Both the position numbers and the translations under genes were made by a program. Source: Eledone cirrhosa (Eukaryota). Taken from it: a DNA stretch of 64,000 nt. Each line of letters starts with the position of its first letter. Position 1 is the stretch's first letter. The notes beneath the pieces are model-generated. The model was not told where the DNA came from. It worked only from the letters and a program-made list of their open reading frames with translations, and searched no databases. The stretch covers positions 106,702,001 through 106,766,000 of the forward strand of contig OZ024745.1 in NCBI GenBank assembly GCA_964016885.1, read 5' to 3'. Below are positions 43,771 through 57,634 of this stretch, piece by piece.

Positions 43771-44218
43771 TGATAATATTGTAGGCGGCGAATTGGCAGA
43801 ATCGTTAAGACGTCGGACAGAATGCTTTGCGGCATTCGTCTCACCCCATTGCGCCCTCTGAATTCAAATCTAGCAGGGGTCAGTTTTGCCTTTCATCCTT
43901 TCGAGGTCGATAAAATAAAGTACCAGTTGTTTCTTCCTCTACAGAAAAATATAGGCTGTGTTCAGACCTGGAGAGGCTTGGGCTCCGCCAGGTTTAAAAG
44001 TGCCCTAGACACGCCGTATGACGGCGTCTCTACGACTCCATAAGGAGTTATGGGATCTTTTATGTCATAACATTACCAAGAAATACTGCTAGCGTATCAC
44101 TAATCTATGTGCTTGAATCTACGTAGGTAAATCTCTGTACCTATCATTACAAAAACAAACTAATTTCAATCATATTTTATACATGCTGCATCTATTTGTA
44201 ATCATCATTATACTGCAA

Positions 44219-44703
44219 CTAGCAGAAAAAACACCCTTCGGGTGGTTTTTCTGATAACATTTGTAGTGCGCATATTGATATTATACGCAAATATATATGC
44301 TTGTAGATATGATACATCAAATAAATCATAATTGACAATATCCTCAGAAATTGAAGAAAGACTGTGTTACACTCTCTTCTGTAATCAGTAAAGTAATCAA
44401 TGATACATTTTAAAAAGACACTATTATATATAAACTGCATTATGAGAAAATTAGCGACGGAAATATATGTATGTTTCTTTAAGCGATCGCTAACCGGAAG
44501 TGTTGACAACTGAAAATTTTAAAGAAGTGAATCTTTAAATAAGCAATAAAATATATTTATTCAAGAGTTACGAAATTTAGTAGATAAATTATGTAATATT
44601 CATTCATTATTTATTCAAAGTACTCCAACTTATTTTACAAACGGGGTAAAAAAATATATATACTGAACGCAGTCCCGCACTCCTTTCTTTATTATAGTTA
44701 AGA
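44219..44703 (-). mobile_element. Non-autonomous Helitron, copy 2
   Basis: Reverse complement starts A|TCTTAACTATAATAAAG and ends hairpin-CTAG|T. Confidence 0.85.
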
Positions 44704-45019
44704 TTGCATTGTCAGTGTAATGCCAATAAAATTGATAATGATCTTACATATTATATCTACATTAATTCAAATGCATTTCATAGATGTGTGGTCTGCGTGC
44801 AACAATGCTAAATTAAGAGAAAATGACTTAATAAAATAAGCAACAGCAAAAACAAAATATATTACAATTATCAATAGTTCAGCGAAGTAATGGATTATAA
44901 GGTTAACACCATCAAACACTGTATAACCTCAATACGTGTTGTTAGGATTTAAACATTACAGATAGAGGAAAAAAGCGATATATGATGTAAGAAAGCGATA
45001 GAGTGAGAAGGGGAATGAG

Positions 45020-45114
<95 letters not shown>

Positions 45115-45240
45115 GAATGAATGGTTTTGGAAAATGATTATCTTGACAAAATACACTGTAAATAAGTCATGGACGTATTTGAGCCTGTATTAAAGCGAAT
45201 TATATATGTATCTATAAGTATCTATCTATCTATCTATCTA

Positions 45241-45273
<33 letters not shown>

Positions 45274-45599
45274 GGGGGGGCGTATGTGAAAAATAAAAAT
45301 ATAATAATTAAGTGCAACCCGCCCACACATATTTGCTCATGGTTCTCACCAGTTAGCACATGGTCTTCTTGTAGATCTATCGTGCGATGTGAACACCCTT
45401 CCATTTCTCTCCCTTTTATGTGACCAGGATTTTCCCTGTGCATCTTAAACACCTTTTATTGGGGTAGATCCTTCCTTTTCCTGTCCTTTTATCTTGTTGA
45501 CGACCACAACCGCTTGCTCCTCTACCACCACGTCAACCACCACCAATAAATCACCACAATAACTACTACTTTTTTCAAACGTTATTTCTTCATCATCAA

Positions 45600-45790
45600 G
45601 GGCGATGGATTGGCAGTATCGGTAGAGGGTCGGACGCCATGCTTTGACGCATAGAGTTACGGCCCTTGTCATTCTGAGTTCAAATCCCGCCGAGGTTAAC
45701 TTTGCCTTTCATCCTTACGGGGTCGATAAAATAAAGTACCAGTAATACACTGGGTAATTGCTGGCCTTGTGCCAAAAGTAGAAACAGTTA
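45600..45790 (+). mobile_element. SINE family A with TSD
   Basis: TSD GTTATTTCTTCATCATCA. Confidence 0.92.
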
Positions 45791-45794
45791 TTTC

Positions 45795-45843
<49 letters not shown>

Positions 45844-46337
45844 CAACCGTATCATTCTGTCATGTTTAGAAGTGAGGTCTGGAAAGAGCTGTCTTGGATG
45901 ATATTATCGTTGTTTGTCCACCACGCTCACTTTTTCTCTGCCTCCACATAGCAAATGACATTTAAGCAGTAATTAAATGTAACACCTGAGATGTCTGCTC
46001 TGTGCCTTCATTCTCATTAATGGCTTTCCATTCTAAACTCACGATAAGATACATCTTAACGATCGCTCTGTGGTCTTCTGAAATAATTTGAATCTGCATA
46101 TCAATAAGAAAGTACCTTGCCACTCACAACCTAGCCTTACTGTGTCGTACATCTGACCATAGATCAGAGACAGTGTAAACATCAATACCGTGACTTTTGT
46201 ATTCCACCATCCCATAATTCGGAAAATGAATCTGTTGATGAATGTTTGCTGCGCTAACTCATTCTATTACCGCTTACATTCTATTACAGCTTACCTTTGT
46301 TGTAAGCCTCATTGTTGTCTTGTTGATGTTGTTGTTG

Positions 46338-46369
<32 letters not shown>

Positions 46370-46439
46370 GGTGGTGGTGTTGGTGTTGTTTGTTGTTGTT
46401 GTTGGTAGTGGTAGTGGGGGTGTTGATGTTGTTGTTGTT

Positions 46440-46775
46440 CTTCTTTTTCTTCTTTTTCTTCTTCTTCTTCTTCTTCTTCTTCTTCTTCTTCTTCTTCTTC
46501 TTCTTCTTCTTCTTCTCCCACTTATTTCTGAGAGGGTCGTGGGGTCAGAGTGCTCAAACACTCCTTCCTGGGAGTCCTGTCAGAAGCAACCGTCTCCAAC
46601 AGATCCGGCTGGATCCCCAAGCGAGACCAGCCAAGTTCATGGATGTTATCCAACCATCTTGCTCGGGCTCTACCCCTGGGTCTCCTGTTGGTTGGTTGGT
46701 TGGTTTTGCCCGTAAAATCTGTCCAGCAATTCTTTTCTGAGACATTCTAACGACATGCCCATAGTATCGGAGCTG
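46440..46775 (-). mobile_element. RTE LINE 3' fragment with (GAA)n tail
   Basis: QLRYYGHVVRMSQKRIA..RPRGRARARWLDNI on the minus strand. Confidence 0.7.
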
Positions 46776-47644
46776 TGGTCTCTCAATTCGGAGAAGTTGT
46801 TTGCTTTTGTGAAATTAAAATCTTTTTTTTTTTTTATATACTGCAAATTTCTGTATCAGGTTATTTAAATATAATTGTTTCTACTTTTGGCACAAGGCCA
46901 GCAATTACTCAGTGTATTACTGGTGCTTTATTTTATCGACCCCATAAGGATGAAAGGCTGATCATAACCAATGTCACAAGTTGCCGAAATTGTGTTACAA
47001 ATGTACCAATGAATTCAGTGACAATGTCACAGCCAATGACCCTGATTTGTGTGCTGACGTGTGTTACAGTATCACTGTCACGGGACATCTGTATGATTTT
47101 GAGCGTTCCATCAACTATTGATTGGTCAATACATCGATTAGAACTTGCCTTGTGTGTTCTTTGAGAAAACATTGAAAACTTTCCTCCCGCTCATCGTGAA
47201 GCAGAAGCATCTTACTCTTCCTTTGTAAGGAGAGTAAGGAGGCACACGCTTTTGTGACCCACCACTGCCAGATTTCTTTCTCTGAATGGAACTTTTTAAT
47301 TTCAAAGTTGTTTTCTGTGTAAATGATTGATAAGTAACTTTGAGAGTGAATGAGAAAATGTTTAAATCAAAATTGTGACAGTTTTCGCTCAGAAAGAAAT
47401 TTTTCTCTCCATATTCCGTAAATATGCATATTTGTTTAAAGTTATTAGATTTGTTCGTTACTTATTTCTGTGAAGTTGCCTTTATTTCCAATTTTTTTCT
47501 TTGAATGAGCAGATTTCTAAATTCTTAGAAGTTTCTTTGTAAGAGAATAAATTTTAAAATTCATTTTATGTAGTTGTTTTTTGAGAAAATACAGCACTAT
47601 ATGAAAACATCTCAACAGATTAGAAATCAATAATAATAATAATG

Positions 47645-47703
<59 letters not shown>

Positions 47704-47705
<2 letters not shown>

Positions 47706-48205
47706 TAGAGAAGTGGTATGAGCATAAGCCAGAGTCGGTGATAGAAAACGATCAGGTGAAGGTGCTGTGGGATTTTAGGATACAGACGGACAAGAAACTG
47801 GAACACAATAGACCTGACCTGGTGGTTTTGGACAAAGAAAAAAGATCGTGCCTGATTGTGGATGTGGCCTGCCCATTCGACACGAGAGTGCAAGAGAAGG
47901 AGAGGGAAAAAATTAACCGATACCAGGACTTAAAGTGGGAGGTAAAAAGGATTTGGAACTGCCATGAAGTCAAAGTGGTCCCGATTGTCATAGGCGCACT
48001 AGGTACTATCTCAAAAAGTTTCCAGGGATGGTTAAAGAAAATTGGCCCCTTCACGCTTTTTGGAACGCTTCAAAGGGCATGCTTGCTGGGAACAGCAAGA
48101 ACCCTCCGATACGTCCTGAATATCTGAGGCTGCAGGTAGTGGCTTGATATTCATTTCAACAAACTTTCCAGTTAACTAACATCAATGACTGAGACTCAAA
48201 GAACA
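47704..48205 (+). mobile_element. R4/Dong-type non-LTR retrotransposon 3' end (restriction-like endonuclease) in (TAA)n
   Basis: WYEHKP..LWDFRIQTD..NRPDLVV..IVDVACPFD..EKINRYQDL..VPIVIGALG; (TAA)n on both flanks. Confidence 0.9.
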
Positions 48206-48230
48206 ATAATAATAATAATAATAATAATAA

Positions 48231-49252
48231 TGGTTTCTTTATTGGCCACAAGGGCTAACATGAAGAAAAAAATTACAGACGGCACAGAACGGTACAGGAC
48301 GATACAAAGTGGGTTTTGGCCGTGTAAAAAAGATTATAACAAGAAGATAGAAATATAAAAAAATTCAAACAACAAAAATTCCCCAATAAGGAGGGAACTT
48401 CCGAGGGTCACTCGTGGCGAAAACCACACAAAAGACCACATACTCAGAGCGGCCCCGTTCACTCGGACCAGACTCGTCACTTTCACCCACCTTTCAACAA
48501 ACTTACTAGAAGACAGCACTTGCCTCTCCACCCTGATTTTCCTCTTCAAGTGAAACTTGAAAAAGCTAATCAGGGACTGGCCGGAGAGGAAAGTGTCCGT
48601 CTTCAACCCTTTCAACCTTGTCCACCACACAATCTCTTTCGCCATAGACACCAGGCAGATGAAAACTGCTTGCCCTTCCTCCTCTTTAAAGAAGGATGGC
48701 GGGGCTATCTGCACACTGGACTCAGTCGATAACCGGATCCGTCCTACACGCGACAGCAGCTGTTCGATATAGCTCCACAAGTCAGCTATCCTCGGGCACT
48801 GAACGAGTGCGTACAGGACGATTTCGTCACCCTGCGCACATCTTGGACAGGCTCAGCTGACAGCACCTCCGTGCCTGTAGAGCTTATCCCGAACCGGCAA
48901 CGCTCCCCGGTAGCACTGCCAGGCCAGGGATTTCTGAAAGTTGTCCATAGGCTCCGGTCTGAAAATTCTCTTGAAGAGGGCGAACAGCTGATCGTCTTCG
49001 ACGCCCGAGGTCTCTCCGAGAACGTCGTCGTTTTTCCCCTCCACTAGCCCTCTATAGAACGCTAAGGTGGATGTTCTACCAATATCAATGCCCAGCTGGT
49101 AGAGGGTGGTCAGCGCTTGGAGACATTCCAGCTTCCAAGCGCTATCCCTCGGTCTTTTTCTGATCCAGGACTGCAGCTCCGTCAAGGAGACGAGCTGGGG
49201 AAAAGCGTGTCTGGCAAACGACGACAACACCTGTTCACCGTCAAGGAAGCAA
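48231..49252 (-). mobile_element. Tx1/L1-type LINE 3' fragment
   Basis: WQCYRGALPVRDKL followed by degenerate zinc knuckle CPRC..E...YALVQCP; (ATT)n tail. Confidence 0.75.
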
Positions 49253-49261
49253 GTAATAATA

Positions 49262-49545
49262 ATAATTGTTTCTACTTTAGGCACAAGGCCAGCAATTACC
49301 CAGTGCATTACTGGTACTTTATTTTATCGACCCTGTAAGGATGAAAGGCAAAGTCAACCTCGGCGGGATTTGAACTCAGATCGTAATGGTAATAATAATT
49401 GTTTCTATTTTAGGCACAAGGCCAGCAATTTGAAGGGGAGAGGAGTCGATTAAATCGATCTCAGTTAATGGTACTTTATTTTATCGACCCTTTGTTTTAT
49501 CGAAGGATTAAAGGTAAAAACTAACCTTTGGCGGAATTTACCCGA
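49262..49545 (-). mobile_element. Two adjacent SINE family A fragments
   Basis: Match to consensus. Confidence 0.8.
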
Positions 49546-50276
49546 TGTTATAATATTTCACACACCAAAAATAACTCAAACAATTGCTAACACAACATAC
49601 TCCTAAACAACATCATCATTGCCATCATCATCATTATGATCGTCACCTTCGAAGCAAGACCCTTATAATCATGTCAATAATTAACAGGATAAAAATACAA
49701 ATAATCTGTCGAATTACCCTCATTCAGCAATCCAGTAAGTGATCAAGAGTTAAATCCTAATTCCGATATTTTGAGGATTATCATCACCACCACCTGAAGT
49801 AATTTTAATGACAAAGACTATACAGTTATCGGCGGAGAAAACAATCAGAAATAATAGCATTATTTGTGTTGTTCATTGAAGGCTGACTTATGAGCAATGA
49901 TTGGTTAGAAAAAATACGACGAGACTGTAATCTCGTTTAGTGAGAATAACGTTAAGAAAGATGGTGATATATAAGAGTATATACGGAGGTATTTACAACA
50001 GGATTTTAAAAGTGTTAAACATGAATTCGGAAGAATAATAGCAACAAATAAGTAGACTATTGAAGAAATGGACAGGTAAAAGTAATAGAATTATTTTCTA
50101 ATTACATACAGGTATATACAGTTACAAAATAAGAGTATGCATCATGTAATACTGATTATGTATATATATATATATATATATACAAAGAGAGAGAGAGAAA
50201 GAGAGAGGGAGTGATGCATATGTATACATACATGCAAATACATTTTATATATAAATAGACACACACATATATATAT

Positions 50277-50321
<45 letters not shown>

Positions 50322-50569
50322 TACACATGTGTACACATAAACATATACATATAGACATGCATACGCATACACAATTACACAAACACATATACTCTTCCTA
50401 TCTTTTGACTAAAATCATAAATAACGTCTTTTTTTCCTGTGTTGCTTCCATGTACAAACATTTCTGTGCTAAACGTATTTCTCAGTTTATTTTTGTTATA
50501 ATGTAATAGTTTATTATATGAAATGAAAGGATTCAAAAAGGCACTCAATTCATGCGTGAATATTGACGT

Positions 50570-51790
50570 TCGAACGAGTGTACTCCACTACCAACTAACT
50601 TACCCTCCATTTCTGAGTCCCGGCCGACGGGATGGCTATGTATTGCCCCGGATAATGGCAAAGGAGACGCGCTGGAACAACTACTCTACCTCACGTGGCT
50701 CACACATGCGGGCGGACAAATTCTGCTCCGATAGCAGTGAGTAGTGATATTGTCCGGGGAGCCAAGAACGCCGGATATCACTGCTATAGGCTCTACGGCA
50801 AATTTATCCGAGAGTGGTTGACACTAGGACAGTTTTGCCCTCTTCGCCGTGGCGGGCAGCAGAGCCTGGGTTGGTAGCCGAACGCACCAGGTTGCCACTT
50901 GAGTAGATGTCACTGCATGTGGCATCCCAGATGAGGGGCCCACCCCAACGGAACGGGAAAGTTGTTATGCCGTCAGGCCTTTTGCCGTCCCCTCGGTTCA
51001 GCCATATAATGGTTCGAGCAAGGAAGAGAAACCTGCGCCGTCCAGGTCATGCTTTATGATCTCGTTGAGATCAGCATGGCCTTTGAGGCGGCCAGCACTG
51101 TAACGGCAGGAAAGTAGGTGAAGACCGAAAGGATCCACAATGGTACTGCAGCGACATATGCGAAGCTCACAAACGTAGAGGCTGAGCCTTAAGGAAACAC
51201 CAATACACAAGCAGCCACTGTCCAGCTGAGTTTCAGTAGCCAGTGAGGGAGCTCCATTGAGCCAGGCACCACTGTGAGTTTGGGATGCCGAACGGAAACA
51301 TGCCAGAAGGTGCTGATCGAGCCGACGCAAAGCCCATGTGAAATCAGGCTGCAAAAGATGGCGTCCCATATATTTTGTGGGGACTGGACGCCTACAGAGG
51401 GGAGAGAAGGATGTACGTTGGCAGAGTGGAAGCCAAGTTAGTTTCATGTCGTGTAAGCCACCTTGTGCTGCTCGATCACAGAGGATTCACTTGTGTTGTA
51501 GAGAATTCTATTCATGAGGACATGGCAAAAGTTCACCGACGAAGGAAAGCAGGCAGTGCCAGTGGGACCGAAAACCCGGGCCGCCATATTTGAAGAGTAA
51601 CGTGGCCTGCTGCCAACCGGTGTCGTCAAACCTGACGTAACGTATCTCCTCACCAGCATATCGGATGCAGACGTTGAGATCTATGAGGAGAGATGCTTGG
51701 CTGTAACAGTGGACACTGGCGGAAGGTGTATAACAGCTTCGGCATGGCGAAGAAGAACTTCAACAGAAAGAGTGCCGGTGGGCGTCAGTG
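50570..51790 (-). mobile_element. CRE-like non-LTR retrotransposon 3' fragment (RLE type)
   Basis: SGAWLNGAP..CRC..HLLSC..GR..H..LNEII, then GDGKRPDGITTFP..LIWDATC in another frame. Confidence 0.8.
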
Positions 51791-53655
51791 AGTTTCAGTT
51801 TACTAGTCATGGATTCTAGCTGGCGTGTTTTAATCCCCGTTAAAAGATGTTTTGTACGTTTATGTATATCTTCCTGTTATCTTGCTGTTCAAAATGCTGT
51901 TTTGCCAGTAGACTCCTGTATATGTATATTACGTTCGTTTTGTAGTCATGATTTTGTTATCCTGATCCCTATGTATCTTTCTGAGGAGCTAAATCATTCA
52001 CAGCTGTTAACACATTGGAAATAGACTAAGAGCACGAAATCTCATTGATTCACTTTGAGGGGTGGTTAAAGAGATAGTATTGAGGCTTATGTTTAATCGC
52101 TCTTTTCCTGTGTGAGTGAGAGGGGTATATATTGAGAGAATGGTTAAATATACAAAGGTGAGTAACATACAAAAGCTAAGAAGCATATAAGTTAAAAGAA
52201 TAAATTTGTCTTGTACATGTATATCGTATATTTGAAAGAGATTAGAGAAAATGAAATAATATATAAATTTTTATTGAGGAGTAAACTCGGATTGAAATTT
52301 GAAGATGTGTTTACATTTTTGTCTTGTGGAGATAAAGTAAATAAAGAGTGATTGTCTAACGGGATTCAAACCAAAATCTCTTTCACTGACGCCACATTAT
52401 ATTTACTGTTATAAAACCATTATATAACACAACTGAGCTTATCTATTTTTTCGTGGTTTGAACGGTTTATTTTCTGTTCATCTTCAAGTGCCATATTAGC
52501 GCCCAGTTTGAATCATATTTTCCAACAATGTTTTTGTTTAGATTCTACCTTTTGATATTATTTACCCCAAAAATCGAAATTCGACTAGGAAATCTTTTCC
52601 TCGTTAATCTGACACGCCATATAGTCACTTTCGATTATTTCGTTTAGGGCATTTCATAGAAAGCTTACTTCAACAAAATTATTTGTGTAACCTTGTAGAT
52701 GTAAGATTCCAAACGAAACTAATGTGTGTAAGTTTTATTTTTAAAAAAGACAGTAAGTAAATTAATACTTTGTCTCTGGCGGTATAAAATATCATTTATC
52801 AATTCCGTATTTTTAAACCAGAATTTTTCAGTGATTGCTAACTTAAAATCACAAAATACTGAAATACTGCGTTTTAGTGTTTTGTTTTTACTTAGATGTT
52901 TCCATTTTCAAACATTATATATTGCATCTATCTTCCTTTAGATGTAAAAAATAATCAGATATCAAAACTAATGCTTTCGCAAAAATACTAATACCAATAA
53001 TAATTGACTACACCAAAATTTGTTTTCAAAAATTGGCTTTTGAAATAAAAAATAAAATCCTGTTTTCACTACTACTTACAAGTTCAGTTTCAACCTTGCT
53101 TGACTTTGTCTTTAATTTGCCTGTCTGTGATCAGTAAAATCTGTAAAAGTCATATGGACGCAAGTTTGGACGAGGGTTAAAGAAGAATATTGTTGCATAA
53201 AGGTGAATGATGTAATATTGTTCTTGTAACTTTTGAGTTCAAATTACACATGCGTCTACATTGTTTTTCATTTATCTAGGATCGAGTAAATAAGCAACAG
53301 TAAAAGAAATGAGTATTGATTTATTATTGATACTGTGCCAGCGATTGTGGAGGATAGCTAAAGGTTACTGAATCAGACGAATTTGCTGTAGTTGATTTCG
53401 ATTGGTACCAAAAAACAGCAGCTAAATACGATCATATAAAAGAATGAACATCATAAAAGTTGTCTTTGCCAATAGAGTTGTTTTATGAAAAAGTATGCAC
53501 ACGCACCTCCAATATCTCCAAGAAGGCAATATAATTTCATGTATACATTTTATAAATAAAGTTTTCGAATTATAGTTCAAAAGCGTTTAAACCTAGGTAG
53601 TGCAATGCCTTCTTTTTATTTTTCGGCATAGTGTATCCAACATTACATTATCAAA

Positions 53656-53841
53656 GGTGGATTGGCAGTATCGGTAGAGGGTCGGACGCCATGCTTTGTC
53701 GCATAGAGTTACGGCCCTTGCCATTCTGATTTCAAATCCCGCCAAGGTTAACTTTGCCTTTCATCCTTACGGGCTCGATAATATAAAGTACTAGTAATAC
53801 ACTGGGTATTTTGCTGGCCTTGTGCCAAAGTAGAAACAATT
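53656..53841 (+). mobile_element. SINE family A with TSD
   Basis: TSD ATTACATTATCAAAGGTG. Confidence 0.92.
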
Positions 53842-54819
53842 ACATTATCAAAGGTGTCCTTCCTTTTTAAAGATAATAGTGTGCGATTGGAAGCAAGTTA
53901 AACGGTAATGCTAACCTCGGTAGAGTTTGAACATTAAAGAGAAAGGATGTAAGAAATATGGCACCACATTGTTCAAGTACTTTTGCAAGCGTATCTGTGA
54001 TCATATGTGTTTGCGACAATAGATTCCTAACATTGATACAAGGCCAGATATCCAGGGAGGCGAGGAAAGTCAATTTAATACAGCTCTATATTTAACTGTG
54101 GCCTAAATTTTCGACACTGGACAGAAGAAAAATAAAATGACATTAGCTGGATTTGAACTATGAACTAAATACCGCAATCTATTTTATTCTGCCATATATC
54201 ACCTATCATCTTATAAGTGCGATAATATTTATGAGAATAAAACCTTGGTCCGAATTACTTTCAAAATTAATTTCCTTCTTAATTTCTTTCTCTTTGTTTT
54301 TCAGATTGAACACCTCGTGCATACTTACATATCAGCCAACTCAAATGCAAGCAGAGAAAACATAAAAACAGCTGCGAAACCTCTCGCTACGGATACAAGA
54401 CATTTGGATTCCAATAAAGAAAAAGTATTTTATCAAGGCAGCCTTTTTGTTTAGAGGTTGTGTTTACAGTGTAGTATATGGCTGTAATGGCTGCAGATAT
54501 AAACACGACCCAAATAGTAGATGCATATAAACAAATCCACGCTTGCGTACATATAGAGAAAATCGTATAACTAAACACATGTGGCCTTTACTCGAATTCA
54601 TACGAATCTACATCTACGCAAATTCGTATACATACAAGCATACGCATTTACATACATATGTATACACATACATTCACAGAAACCCGATACAGATTTAGAT
54701 GCGTATTGAATGATGTAAACACACGTTGGCGAATAGACATATAATCACAAACGTGATAAATGCGATAAAACTACCGCTCAGTTTCTATTTTTATCGCTTG
54801 CCAAATCAAAGTAATAATA

Positions 54820-55410
54820 ATGGATGTTGAAAACAGTAAATCACCTGGAACAGCGTTCGGCCGACTAAAAACAACAGCCACAATAATTCTCCAGGCATTC
54901 CTGCTCCTTTTACTTGTAATACTTGGACTACTATTAATATCTGTCCGCATTGTATCAACCCTCTTTCTAATATTTGTACGATTATTTGCAAGCATTGTAA
55001 AAGGAATACAGAAGCCTTTCGGATTTGTTTTACAAACCTTCAGAAGCGTACTAAACGCTATAACTTCACCTGTACAGTCGATAACAGTGTTGCTCAAACT
55101 TATTATAATGGGCTTTGTGATTGCTTTCGGATTCATTGTAGAAATGATCCGCATTGGAAACAGAATAATCATCACATCAATTAATTGTGTTTTCATCATA
55201 TTGAAAGTGGTACTAGGAACCTTGTTGGTAGCTCTAACTGTGTCAGGGTGCGCCCTATCTGTTATAGTCTATTACGTAACTGTTATTTATATGTTGTTTG
55301 TAAGGTTCTGTTGGTTTGCTATGTTTATTGTTCTTGTTAACTATGCAACAACTCCGCCTGAATTAGGTATTTGGGAACAGGTTTTCATGGCTGTGCTGTC
55401 GTTTTTCTGA
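54820..55410 (+). CDS. Putative intronless 196-aa multi-pass membrane protein of unknown family
   Basis: 591-bp open frame in non-repetitive AT-rich DNA, ATAATGG start context, consistent hydrophobic and amphipathic pattern, no TE motif. Confidence 0.55.
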   Translation: MDVENSKSPGTAFGRLKTTATIILQAFLLLLLVILGLLLISVRIVSTLFLIFVRLFASIVKGIQKPFGFVLQTFRSVLNAITSPVQSITVLLKLIIMGFVIAFGFIVEMIRIGNRIIITSINCVFIILKVVLGTLLVALTVSGCALSVIVYYVTVIYMLFVRFCWFAMFIVLVNYATTPPELGIWEQVFMAVLSFF

Positions 55411-55467
55411 ACTTGATATTCTCACTTATAACACCACGAGGTTTTTTGTACATGCAAGCACACATAC

Positions 55468-55523
<56 letters not shown>

Positions 55524-55649
55524 AATGTGAAGACTAAAATCCGAAGAGGGTTCGATAAGGATAATATAAGATCCCGTTAAGGGTGAAAACAGCGATTCTT
55601 TGCTTAAACTTTAATATGTTTTTTTAATATATATATATATATATATATC

Positions 55650-56045
55650 ATCATCATCATCATCATCATCATTTTTACGTCCATTTCCCTGCTTGCAAAG
55701 GTGGGACGGGAACTGATTCTGGCTTGATTTCTACAGCTTGATGCCCTTCCTAACACCAACCTCATTTACAGTGAGTGCTGGATGCCTTTTTTCCCGTGGA
55801 GCCTACACGTCCGCCTTACAGTGTGGGCTGGGTGCTTTTTTGCCTTGGCACCTCCACGACCACTTTGCAGTGGAATGATAGGGACCCCAGTCCCTATCAT
55901 CTCATTTCTACAGCTGAGTAAACTGGAACAATGTGAAATAAAGTGTCTTGCTCACGGAAACAACACATCACCCGGTCTGAGAATTGAACTCACAACCTTT
56001 CGATTGCAAGGCCAATGCTCAAACCACTAAGCCATGTGCCTCCAT
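55650..56045 (-). mobile_element. tRNA-derived SINE related to family B, with RTE-type tail and (GAT)n end
   Basis: Head TGGCTTAGTGG..GAGTTCAATTC, GAGCAAGACACTTTATTTCAC core; tail matches 35510-35552. Confidence 0.75.
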
Positions 56046-56130
56046 CAGTATATATATATATGAGAGAGAGAGAAAGCGAGAGAGAGAGTCTGAGTAATAA
56101 TATATTACTATAGATTCTATTTGTCACCTT

Positions 56131-56270
56131 AATAATTGTTTCTACTTTTGGCACAAGGCCAGCAATTACCCAGTACATTACTGGTACTTTATTTTATCGA
56201 CGCCGTAAGGATGAAGGACAAAGTTAACCTCGGTGGGATTTGAACCCAAACCATAAAGGGCCGTAACTCT
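56131..56270 (-). mobile_element. SINE family A, truncated
   Basis: Match to consensus. Confidence 0.85.
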
Positions 56271-56280
56271 TTGGTGCAAA

Positions 56281-56312
<32 letters not shown>

Positions 56313-56341
56313 CATATATACATATATATATACATATATAT

Positions 56342-56558
56342 AGTGAAGACGTGTGGCTGAGTGGTTAGAGAATTGGATTCGCAATCGTAAGGTTGTGAGT
56401 TCGTTTCCTGGACCAGATGATGCGTTATGTCCTTGAGCAAGACACTTTATTTCACGTTGCTCCTTCTACCTGGACTTGCGACCGATAGATAGTATTAGCA
56501 ATTGGAAAGACCAACGGAAACATTGTTCCCTCGGTCCGAATTGACGAAAGTCGATCGT
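56342..56558 (+). mobile_element. SINE family B, full length, in (TA)n
   Basis: A and B boxes, core and terminal hairpin. Confidence 0.9.
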
Positions 56559-56567
56559 CTTTTCTTC

Positions 56568-56624
<57 letters not shown>

Positions 56625-57286
56625 CATATATATATATGTATATATGGTGGCTGCCAACTCGTTTTCGAGTACGACCACTACTTTATATCCATGTAGGAGA
56701 GCTCCTACCGATGCGCTAAACGAATGTAACTTTAGTCCAGCCAGCGACTTGAAAACTCTGGTACAAACACTACACCTGTGACAATTATTGACACATAGTG
56801 CTAGGCCCATGGTACCATGTGACGACAAGTGCAGAGAGATCTCCAGATACAAAGCAATGCCTGTGCCGTGAAGCTTTTATAGTGAGCAAAGGAACTGCAC
56901 AAAGCCAGTCCCACTCGCTTAACCAAGATGATATTTACCAAAAAGAAGAACAAGTCAACATCATTGGATACCATCAGGGTTGCAGGTGTTATATCAGAGT
57001 TTTCCTTCTCCTAGAATTCTGCCTTGACAAAGGCTAAGGGGTCATCTCTCCCAGTGATTTTGGATGGCCATTGACTCTTAAGAGCTCCTTTGCCCTTTGA
57101 CAGGTTTTGTTTTTAGTCCTGCAGGATGTCCAAAGTCACCCTCCTCACCAAGAAACCTTGGTGGGGTTGCCAGTTTAGTCGCCAACGACCCGACCATGAG
57201 ACAGGTTGTACTGGGATACATGTTACCAGTAGCACCAACTGGTGACCTGACATGTATATGTATATATATATGTGTATATATGTATA

Positions 57287-57320
<34 letters not shown>

Positions 57321-57333
57321 CATATATATAATA

Positions 57334-57391
<58 letters not shown>

Positions 57392-57406
57392 ATACATATA
57401 TATACA

Positions 57407-57442
<36 letters not shown>

Positions 57443-57509
57443 CATATATATAATATATATAAATATATACATATATATGTATATATATAAATATATACAT
57501 ATATATGTA

Positions 57510-57580
<71 letters not shown>

Positions 57581-57582
57581 AC

Positions 57583-57630
<48 letters not shown>

Positions 57631-57634
<4 letters not shown>

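Noticed and set aside
53160-53180. piggyBac-like end GGG|TTAA
   Set aside because: No matching left terminus found
56505-56545. Hammerhead in the SINE B tail (GAAACATTGTTC)
   Set aside because: No upstream CTGANGA core in any of the four copies
57080-57251. Possible HDV-like ribozyme in a LINE 5' UTR (minus strand GTA-TCCCAG-TAC..GGCGACTAA)
   Set aside because: P1, P3 and P4-like pieces exist, but I could not build P2 or P1.1 in the required order
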